A DNA stretch of 64,000 nucleotides from Candidatus Onthomorpha sp. Lineage in GTDB: Bacteria > Bacteroidota > Bacteroidia > Bacteroidales > P3. A program made the translations under genes and the position numbers. Where the stretch lies: contig JAZNIO010000029.1 of the NCBI GenBank assembly GCA_045577535.1, forward strand, positions 25,478 to 89,477, read 5' to 3'. Below are positions 56,586-64,000 of this stretch, piece after piece. Position 1 is the first letter of the stretch. Each line of letters begins with the position of its first letter. Under the pieces are notes generated by a model. It had not been told where the DNA came from. It searched no databases and was given only the letters and a program-made list of their open reading frames with translations.

Positions 56586-58265
56586 ATGTTGAAGAATTTG
56601 AAAATCGAGAATTACGTTCTGATACGCAAAGAAGAGTTGGAGTTCGACAAAGGATTCGGAGTGATTTGCGGGCAGACGGGAGCGGGAAAGAGCATAATAT
56701 TGCAGGCGTTGGGGCTTCTGCTTGGCAATCGTGCCGAAAAAGAGGTGCTGTTCGATAAAGAGAAAAAGTGTGTCTGCGAGGCTGTATTTTTACTTCAAGA
56801 AACATATCGTAACTTCTTCGATGAAAATGATTTGGATTATGAATTTGAAACGGTGATAAGACGTGAGATTTTGCCGAGTGGCAAATCCCGTGCATTCATA
56901 AACGACACCCCCGTGTCATTATCCCTTGTCAAGACGCTGGCAGAAAGAATAATCGATATACATTCCCAACACAATACACTGCTGCTTAACGACAAAAGCT
57001 TTCAAACCGACACTCTCGATGCGTTTTTGCAATCCGCAGAGATGATTTCCGAGTATGCCGAAGGTTATGCAAAATACGTCAAAATGCTTGCAAGGCTCGA
57101 GGAAATCGAAAAAACATTGGAAAGACTGCGTCAGGAAAACTCCTACACCACATACGTTTACAACGAACTGAAAGAAGCAAAACTCAAAGCCGAAGAGCAG
57201 GAAGAATTGGAGAAACGGCTGGAACTGATGGAGGCATCAGAGGAAATAGGCGAGGGAATTTCGTCTTGCCTTTCGCTCTTTGAGTCAGAAGATTATCCTT
57301 CCATACTTGCAAATCTGCTTCAAGTGAAAAACCTGCTCGAAAAGGCATCTCGTTCTTCCGAAAAGATGAAAGAGTTGGCACAAAGAGCCGATTCATCGCT
57401 CATCGAACTGCGGGACATTCATTCCGAATTGGAGTCCTTCGGCGAGAGTCTTGATTTCGACGCAGAGAGCATGCAAACCGTCAAGGAGCGTCTGGATTTG
57501 ATTTATTCGCTTGAACGAAAGCATAATGTGCAAAGCGTTTCCGAACTCTTGGCATTGCAGGAGAGTTTCTCGCGACAGATTTCGGGCGAAGAGGAATTGG
57601 AAGAGGAAAAGACGATGCTTGAAAAAAAAAAAACGGAATCGGAGAAGATTCTCAGGGCTCTTGCAGACGAGATTTTCAAAGAAAGATTGCAGGCGGCAGA
57701 AGCTTTGGAAAAGGAAACGAACAAGCTTTTGGAGCAAGTCGGAATGTCGGGAGCGATGCTGAAAATAAAGGTTACGCAAAATATTGATTTGGATGCAAAT
57801 GCGGCTTGCAAGATAGAGTATTTGTTTAATGCGAACAAAGGCAAGGATACTTCACTTCGTCCGATTGAAAAAGCGGCTTCGGGCGGTGAACTTTCGCGTC
57901 TGATGTTGGTGTTGAAGACTCTGTTGAGCGAAAAGAAAAACCTGCCGAGCATAATCTTCGACGAAATCGACAGCGGCATATCGGGCGAGATTGCTTCCAA
58001 GGTTGCCGGACTCATTTCGAGAATCGGACGCAACGTTCAGGTGTTGGCGATAACCCATTTGCCACAAACCGCCGCCATGGCAGACTATCAGTTCAAGGTG
58101 TGCAAGAGCGAACAAAACGGTTCGACGCAAAGCAGCGTCATATTGCTCAGTCAAGAGGAACGAATCGTTGAGATAGCACGTTTGCTTTCTGCAGGAGAAC
58201 CATCAAAAGCGGCTTTGGAGAACGCTTGCGAACTTTTGCAAAATAAAACCTTTGCAACACAATAA
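56586..58265 (+). CDS. recN: DNA repair protein RecN
   Basis: Walker A GQTGAGKSI, long coiled coil, signature SGGELSR and Walker B IIFDEIDSGISG. Confidence 0.95.
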   Translation: MLKNLKIENYVLIRKEELEFDKGFGVICGQTGAGKSIILQALGLLLGNRAEKEVLFDKEKKCVCEAVFLLQETYRNFFDENDLDYEFETVIRREILPSGKSRAFINDTPVSLSLVKTLAERIIDIHSQHNTLLLNDKSFQTDTLDAFLQSAEMISEYAEGYAKYVKMLARLEEIEKTLERLRQENSYTTYVYNELKEAKLKAEEQEELEKRLELMEASEEIGEGISSCLSLFESEDYPSILANLLQVKNLLEKASRSSEKMKELAQRADSSLIELRDIHSELESFGESLDFDAESMQTVKERLDLIYSLERKHNVQSVSELLALQESFSRQISGEEELEEEKTMLEKKKTESEKILRALADEIFKERLQAAEALEKETNKLLEQVGMSGAMLKIKVTQNIDLDANAACKIEYLFNANKGKDTSLRPIEKAASGGELSRLMLVLKTLLSEKKNLPSIIFDEIDSGISGEIASKVAGLISRIGRNVQVLAITHLPQTAAMADYQFKVCKSEQNGSTQSSVILLSQEERIVEIARLLSAGEPSKAALENACELLQNKTFATQ

Positions 58266-58368
58266 TTTTCTCTCTTTCGGGTTACTCTCAAAAAAGCACT
58301 CGTTTCGATTATCACCCGTTCCGTCAACTTAATTTCGGAAACAGAGGTCGCAAATCGGAATATTTTAG

Positions 58369-58376
58369 TATTTTTG
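58369..58376 (+). promoter_or_regulatory. -7 promoter box TATTTTTG
   Basis: TAnnTTTG match 19 nt before the ATG at 58395. Confidence 0.4.
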
Positions 58377-58394
58377 TACTTTGAAAAAATATCT

Positions 58395-59498
58395 ATGGAA
58401 AGTTTTAGAAACCCCAAGAACCATTGTATCATAATGGCAGGAGGAATCGGCAGCAGGTTTTGGCCTATGTCGAGAGTCAGAAAGCCGAAGCAGTTCATCG
58501 ATGTTTTGGGAACAGGCGAGACATTGCTGCAAGCGACTTTCAGAAGGGCGAAACAGATTTGTCCTGTCGAAAACATATACGTCGTAACTTCGAAAATGTA
58601 CGACGAAATGGTGGTCGAGGATCTTCCCGACTGCATCAGAGAGAACATCTTGTGCGAACCGGTGAGGAGAAACACGGCTCCGTGCATCGCATACGCAATG
58701 TGCCGTATCGAACAAAAATGCAAAGACGCTCTTGTTTTGGTCATGCCGAGTGATCACTTCATTCAAAACGAGGAAAACTTCAAGGAACAAATCATAAAGG
58801 GTTTTGATTTCGCTCAAAAAGAGGAAGTGTTGATTTGTCTGGGCATCAAGGCTTCTTATCCTCACACAGGTTACGGCTACATTCAATACGTGAGCGACGA
58901 ATCGGCAAAACAAGACGGTGGAATCAAGAAAGTGAAACTCTTTACCGAGAAACCTGCCTACGAAATGGCGTGCAGATTCGTCGAAAGCGGCGATTTTCTT
59001 TGGAATGCGGGCATTTTCATCTGGTCTGCAAAGGCAATAGGAAACGCATTCGCCAAATTCCTTCCCGATGTCAAAGATGCGTTGTGCGGAGGCGAAGAAA
59101 TATGGAACACCAAAGAAGAAGAGGATTTCATCGAAAAGGCATATTCCATCTGTCCTTCAATATCTATCGATTACGGAATAATGGAAAAAGCCGACAATGT
59201 CTATGTAATAAAATCCGATTTCGGCTGGAGCGACGTCGGAACATGGGGTGCGTTGTATGATGTGCTACCCAAAGACGAGCAAGGCAACAGCGTAACAGGC
59301 AGAAACGTGATGCTGTACGATTGTAAGGACTGTATGATAAACGTTCCCAAAGATAAATTGTTGGTTCTTCAAGGTTTGGAGGATTATATGGTGATTGAAA
59401 GCGATGGAGTCTTGATGATGTGTCGCAAAGGTGAAGAACAAAGAATCAAACAGTTTATCACAGACGTTGAAGTCGAAATGGGCAGTGATTATATTTAA
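58395..59498 (+). CDS. Mannose-1-phosphate guanylyltransferase-like sugar nucleotidyltransferase
   Basis: MAGGIGSRFWPMSRVRKPKQF N-terminal nucleotidyltransferase signature. Confidence 0.85.
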   Translation: MESFRNPKNHCIIMAGGIGSRFWPMSRVRKPKQFIDVLGTGETLLQATFRRAKQICPVENIYVVTSKMYDEMVVEDLPDCIRENILCEPVRRNTAPCIAYAMCRIEQKCKDALVLVMPSDHFIQNEENFKEQIIKGFDFAQKEEVLICLGIKASYPHTGYGYIQYVSDESAKQDGGIKKVKLFTEKPAYEMACRFVESGDFLWNAGIFIWSAKAIGNAFAKFLPDVKDALCGGEEIWNTKEEEDFIEKAYSICPSISIDYGIMEKADNVYVIKSDFGWSDVGTWGALYDVLPKDEQGNSVTGRNVMLYDCKDCMINVPKDKLLVLQGLEDYMVIESDGVLMMCRKGEEQRIKQFITDVEVEMGSDYI

Positions 59499-59521
59499 TT
59501 TGAAAAAAAACAACAGCAAAA

Positions 59522-60931
59522 ATGAAAGATATAAAACGAATAGAACTCAGAGAGCTTTTCAAGCAAGGAGTTGCCGAAAGCATGATCGGCAGTGAAATAT
59601 GCGTAAAAGGTTGGGTGAAGACCAAAAGAGGAAACAAGAATGTTTCGTTCATAGCCCTCAATGACGGAGGTTGCATTCAGAATTTGCAGATAGTGGCTGA
59701 GGCATCTGCGTTTGACGAAGAACTGATCAAAAGAATAACGACCGGAGCCTGCCTGAGAGTGAACGGATTGCTTGTTGCATCGCAAGGCAAAGGACAAAGC
59801 GTCGAAGTGCAAGCAAGAGAGATTGAAATATATGGCGAAGCCGATGTGAATACTTACCCGTTGCAGAAGAAGGGACACAGCTTGGAATTTCTCAGAGACA
59901 TAGCTCATTTGCGTCCGAGAACGAATACGTTTTCTGCTGTCTTCAGAGTGAGACACGCAATGGCGTTTGCAATTCACAAATACTTCAACGACCGCGGCTT
60001 TTTCTATTGGCATTCACCTCTTATCACGGCTTCCGACTGCGAGGGTGCGGGAGAGATGTTCCAAGTAACGACTTTGGATTTGGAAAACCTGCCTAAGACA
60101 GCCGAAGGCAAGATAGACTACAGCCAAGACTTCTATGGAAAGCATACATCTTTGACCGTATCGGGTCAATTGGAAGGAGAACTCGGAGCAACCAGCCTCG
60201 GAAAAATCTATACCTTCGGACCGACATTCCGTGCCGAAAATTCAAACACACCAAGACACTTGTCGGAGTTTTGGATGATTGAACCCGAGATGGCATTCTT
60301 CGAAATAGAGGACAATATGGACCTTGCGGAAGACTTTATCAAATATTTGGTACGCTATGCCTTGGAAAACTGCAAAGGCGATTTGGATTTCCTTGCACAG
60401 ATGTATGACAACGAATTGTTGGAACGCTTGAAATTCGTTACCGAACACAGCTTCGTTCGTCTGACTTACACAGAGGCAATCGACATATTGGAGAAAGCAG
60501 ACGCCAAATTCGAGTTCCCTGTTTACTGGGGCGTGGATTTGCAAAGCGAACACGAGAGATATTTGGTTGAAAAGCACTTCAAGGCACCTGTAATCCTGAC
60601 CGACTATCCAAAAGCGATAAAAGCATTCTACATGAAGCAGAACGAAGACGGCAAGACAGTGAGAGGAATGGACGTTCTCTTCCCTGTAATCGGCGAAATC
60701 ATAGGAGGCTCTCAACGTGAAGAAGACATAGACAAACTGTTGGCGAGAATGGCGGAAGTAGGCATAGAAGCAAAAGACATGCAGTGGTATCTGGACACAC
60801 GTCGCTTCGGATCGGCACCGCATTCCGGCTTCGGATTGGGCTTTGAGCGTCTTTTGTTGTTCGTAACCGGTATGAGCAACATCAGAGACGTGATTCCGTT
60901 CCCACGTTTTCCGAAGAACGCAAACTACTAA
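59522..60931 (+). CDS. asnS: Asparagine--tRNA ligase
   Basis: Class IIb tRNA ligase with an N-terminal OB fold, motif 2 GPTFRAENS and motif 3 [10 protein letters not shown]. Confidence 0.96.
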   Translation: MKDIKRIELRELFKQGVAESMIGSEICVKGWVKTKRGNKNVSFIALNDGGCIQNLQIVAEASAFDEELIKRITTGACLRVNGLLVASQGKGQSVEVQAREIEIYGEADVNTYPLQKKGHSLEFLRDIAHLRPRTNTFSAVFRVRHAMAFAIHKYFNDRGFFYWHSPLITASDCEGAGEMFQVTTLDLENLPKTAEGKIDYSQDFYGKHTSLTVSGQLEGELGATSLGKIYTFGPTFRAENSNTPRHLSEFWMIEPEMAFFEIEDNMDLAEDFIKYLVRYALENCKGDLDFLAQMYDNELLERLKFVTEHSFVRLTYTEAIDILEKADAKFEFPVYWGVDLQSEHERYLVEKHFKAPVILTDYPKAIKAFYMKQNEDGKTVRGMDVLFPVIGEIIGGSQREEDIDKLLARMAEVGIEAKDMQWYLDTRRFGSAPHSGFGLGFERLLLFVTGMSNIRDVIPFPRFPKNANY

Positions 60932-60945
60932 CAGAAATCGTCGTC

Positions 60946-62376
60946 GTGGCTCTCAAACAAGGGAACAGACAAATACAGAGACATAAGTTCTCACTTTTGC
61001 AACGACTCACCGGTGAGCTGTTGGAGATTCCTTTGTTGGAGATGGATGCGAGGATAGAGCAGGAACAGGAAGTCAATCCTTACCTTGAGCAGAATCTTGA
61101 ACTGATCGAAGAACCTCAAATCTTCGAAACAACCGAGCAGGAAGGCAGAAGAAATCACAAAGGAGAGTTTCTCGACTATTGGTTTCAAGACGACGGCGAT
61201 CATATTTACAGAGTATCAAATCGAGACGAAAATACGGAAAAAGAGTTCAACCGCTCTTTTTCCGCTTCTTTGACAGAGGATTTGTTGCAACAACTTCGAT
61301 TGAGCAACATCAGCCCGACGGAGTATTCGATAGGCGAACTGATAATCGGAAACATTGACGAAAGAGGTTATCTTCAACGAAGCCTCACCGCAATGGCTGA
61401 TGATTATTTCTTCGAATACGGAAAAGATATACCGAAAGAAAAATTCGACAAAATGCTTACCCTCGTCCGTTCGTTCGAACCTGCAGGCATAGGAGCGTTT
61501 GACCTCAAAGATTGTCTGATGTTGCAAATAGAAAGAATGAAACCGGATAATCCCGACATCGAATTGGCAAAGCTGGTGATCGGAAAGCATTGGAACGCAT
61601 TTTTTCGCAAGCAATACGACCTGGTCATCAAGCGGCTGGGCATCGATTCCAAGACCTTTGACCGTGTTTTCAAAATCATCAAAAGTCTGAACCCGCAACC
61701 CGGCTACGGAGACGAGAGTGCGGTGGACAATTCTTACATTCTGCCCGATTTCATCGTGTGGTATGCAAACAATGAGGTGAAATTCCGACTCAACAAGCAG
61801 TACAGACGCAATCTTGTGGTGAGCAGCGAAGGCAAACGCATGTTGGAAGAAGAGGAAAAGAAGGAAAACAAAAATGAAGAAACGATACGGTTTTTGAAAA
61901 ACAAGATAGACAGTGCCGCTCTTTTCATCAAAGCATTCGAAAAACGGGAAGATACTCTCAACATGGTGATGAAAACCATCATAGACCTGCAATACGACTA
62001 TTTCGTGGCAGGCGACAGATCCAAACTCAAACCTCTCAAATACGAAGACATAAAGAAAATCACCGGATTAAGCGAAAGTTCCATCTCGAGAATGGTTACC
62101 AATAAGCATGCAAGGACTCATTTCGGCACATTCAGATTGAAAGAATTTTTCTCCAACTCACTGATCGACGCAAGCGGCGAACAAGTCTCTTCAACCGCAG
62201 TGAGAAGTTGCCTTGTCGATGTTTTGAGCACCGAAGATCCGAACAACCCGCTGACCGATGAGCAATTGGCAAAAATGCTTTCAGAAAAAGGATTTCCGAT
62301 TTCGCGTCGCACGGTAGCCAAATACAGAGACAAATTAGGCATAGACATAGCCTCGAAACGAAAACAAAAACGCTGA
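60946..62376 (+). CDS. rpoN: RNA polymerase sigma-54 factor
   Basis: Region I (LLQRLTGELLEIPLLEM), core-binding region and C-terminal RpoN box SRRTVAKYR. GTG start. Confidence 0.93.
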   Translation: MALKQGNRQIQRHKFSLLQRLTGELLEIPLLEMDARIEQEQEVNPYLEQNLELIEEPQIFETTEQEGRRNHKGEFLDYWFQDDGDHIYRVSNRDENTEKEFNRSFSASLTEDLLQQLRLSNISPTEYSIGELIIGNIDERGYLQRSLTAMADDYFFEYGKDIPKEKFDKMLTLVRSFEPAGIGAFDLKDCLMLQIERMKPDNPDIELAKLVIGKHWNAFFRKQYDLVIKRLGIDSKTFDRVFKIIKSLNPQPGYGDESAVDNSYILPDFIVWYANNEVKFRLNKQYRRNLVVSSEGKRMLEEEEKKENKNEETIRFLKNKIDSAALFIKAFEKREDTLNMVMKTIIDLQYDYFVAGDRSKLKPLKYEDIKKITGLSESSISRMVTNKHARTHFGTFRLKEFFSNSLIDASGEQVSSTAVRSCLVDVLSTEDPNNPLTDEQLAKMLSEKGFPISRRTVAKYRDKLGIDIASKRKQKR

Positions 62377-62383
62377 ACAGCCG

Positions 62384-63025
62384 ATGGAAGAAGGACAGAC
62401 AACGGATTTTTCTTTCAAAATCGCAAAAGCAGTAAGCAGATTGTTTCATCCGCTCATCATGCCGATGTATGGCTTTATCTTTTTGGCGTATCTCACATCC
62501 GCCACATCGATTGCCTATCCGACAATGTTTTATCTTCAACTCCTTTCGGGCTTATTCCTTTTGACCTGCCTTATGCCTGCACTCGGAATTTATATTCTCT
62601 ATCTTGAAAAACGCATAAGCTCACTCTCGCTGAACGAACGCAAGGAACGCAAAATTCCATATTTCATTCTCATGATTGTTTCGTTTTCGCTGCTGTATTT
62701 TTACGGGAAAGCACTTCCGATTCTTTTCTTTTACCAAATCTGCATAGTATATTTTCTCTGCGTTGTCGAAGCCTGCATCATCAATTTCTTCGTTAAAATC
62801 AGTGCTCACGCAATGGCATGCGGTGCAATGAACGCTTTTCTTTTTGCAATCAACATCTACACCGACACATCTTGCTTTTGGCTCTTTGTTGCAAGCGTTC
62901 TTATATCGGGATTGGTCTGTTCGGCACGCTTGAAATTGAAACGACATGATAATTTTCAACTCTCGCTTGGCTATATATTGGGAATTTGTACTACTTTTGC
63001 AGTGTTTTTTACGGGATTGTTGTAA
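62384..63025 (+). CDS. Integral membrane protein (function unknown)
   Basis: Six predicted TM helices. 213 aa. Confidence 0.6.
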   Translation: MEEGQTTDFSFKIAKAVSRLFHPLIMPMYGFIFLAYLTSATSIAYPTMFYLQLLSGLFLLTCLMPALGIYILYLEKRISSLSLNERKERKIPYFILMIVSFSLLYFYGKALPILFFYQICIVYFLCVVEACIINFFVKISAHAMACGAMNAFLFAINIYTDTSCFWLFVASVLISGLVCSARLKLKRHDNFQLSLGYILGICTTFAVFFTGLL

Positions 63026-64000
63026 ATGGACGTTTATCTGAAAAGAACATACATTCTATTCACAATATTGATGTTTCAAACTCTGTTTGCGGGTGCACAA
63101 AACTCAGCTCCGGCAGGGGAAGACACACGTTCACGCAATCGTCGCATTGCCGATTCGCTCTATATCCTGCATTCGGGAAAAGCAAACAAAGAATCAGCTT
63201 CCGAAAACAAAAAGATAGACACGGCAAACGTGATGGCAAGCAAAAACAACATCGACCGCAAATTCATAAACAACAATCGGGAAATCCCCTCATCGACATT
63301 CTATCAGAACACTTGGTACAACGAAAGAGTGAAAGTGCCTAACTTCTCATTCAATCAAGTACCCGACGAAATAGTTCTCCGACTCATCAATCCGGCAAAA
63401 GGACAACATTTCTGCTTTCCGATAAAGAAACGCAAGAGTTCTTCGTATGGCTGGCGTTGGGGCAGACCTCATTCCGGCATAGACATAGCACTGAACACCG
63501 GAGACAAGATTCATGCGGCTTTTGACGGAGTCGTGCGTCTTGCAAAGTACAACGGCGGCTATGGAAACTGCGTCGTGATTCGTCATTACAACAACCTCGA
63601 AACCCTTTACGGACATCTCTCGAAGATAAAGGTGAAAGTAGGAGAGAAAGTCAAGGCAGGCGATGTCATAGGCTTGGGAGGCAGCACCGGACACTCGACC
63701 GGTCCGCACCTTCACTTCGAATGCCGTCTGCTTTACGCATGTTTCGATCCCGAATGGATATTCGACCTGGAGACCTTCAACATCAAGACCTCTTTTATAA
63801 GGATAGACAAGAGCTATTTCGGAGTTGAATCGTCAGAAAAGGCGGCAAACCGCAAGAATCGCAAGAGCCGTCTGTCCAAAGTCGATGAATGCTTCGACGG
63901 AAAGCCTTACGTGAAAACCTCTTCTCTGATTGCAGAGGAACGAAAACTGATAAAAGCAGGCAAAATACAACAATACTCGACCGCAAGCAGAAACGAACCA
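63026..64000 (+). CDS. M23/LytM-family metallopeptidase (3' end cut by window edge)
   Basis: Read by hand. ATG at 63026 is open to base 64000. Has a signal peptide (LFAGAQN), HSGIDIA (HxxxD) and GHSTGPHLHFE (HxH). Absent from the supplied ORF track because it has no stop codon. Confidence 0.85.
   Translation, partial: MDVYLKRTYILFTILMFQTLFAGAQNSAPAGEDTRSRNRRIADSLYILHSGKANKESASENKKIDTANVMASKNNIDRKFINNNREIPSSTFYQNTWYNERVKVPNFSFNQVPDEIVLRLINPAKGQHFCFPIKKRKSSSYGWRWGRPHSGIDIALNTGDKIHAAFDGVVRLAKYNGGYGNCVVIRHYNNLETLYGHLSKIKVKVGEKVKAGDVIGLGGSTGHSTGPHLHFECRLLYACFDPEWIFDLETFNIKTSFIRIDKSYFGVESSEKAANRKNRKSRLSKVDECFDGKPYVKTSSLIAEERKLIKAGKIQQYSTASRNEP

Noticed and set aside
1-64000. Search by eye for tRNA, rRNA, tmRNA, riboswitch leaders, IS elements, integrases and reverse transcriptases
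   Set aside because: None was recognised apart from RNase P RNA. Intergenic regions are short and are mostly accounted for by promoter boxes and terminators. A covariance-model scan would be needed to exclude small RNAs.

Overview
This 64-kb chromosomal window is from a Bacteroidota genome, probably Bacteroidales-like. The supporting signs are recurrent TAnnTTTG(CA) -7 promoter boxes upstream of genes, a PUR-like/ParA/ParB/DUF5683 block, a TIGR01201-type HU-like protein, a type-B T9SS C-terminal domain, split transketolase and a GH57/GT4/GDE alpha-glucan cluster. Most of the window is housekeeping: two TrkH paralogues, rsmG, nth, yggS, parAB, hutI, alaS, typA, RNase P RNA, murF, anmK, nrnA, three FKBP isomerases, recN, asnS and rpoN. 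The last gene is an M23 peptidase that runs off the 3' edge and is missing from the supplied ORF track. I found no rRNA, tRNA, CRISPR array, transposase or integrase. Two accessory insertions stand out. (1) At 16.4-18.0 kb, an AT-rich two-gene type II restriction-modification (RM) cassette sits tightly between alaS and typA. It pairs a HinP1I/MspI-like nuclease with an SPPY (probably N4-cytosine) methyltransferase. (2) At about 43.6-50.8 kb there is a compositionally mosaic island with no integrase. It holds an auto-inhibited Fic protein and a self-contained GATC-type cassette of Dam methylase, a single-domain MutH-fold nuclease and a second beta-class methylase. The cassette is fused head-to-tail to a replication-like module: a RepA/AAA_25 ATPase, a ~90-nt GC-rich imperfect palindrome, a small HTH protein and a zinc-ribbon/Toprim protein. 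Next to the island is a 340-bp non-coding stretch with five perfect copies of TTACAAAAGTAA just upstream of an XRE regulator. Other items worth a second look are an ECF sigma partner protein ending in a T9SS type-B sorting domain, a secreted VWA gene between the two transketolase subunit genes, an A12 tract inside recN, and a recurring A-rich intergenic motif. All functional calls rest on motifs read by eye and remembered family signatures, because no database search was possible.
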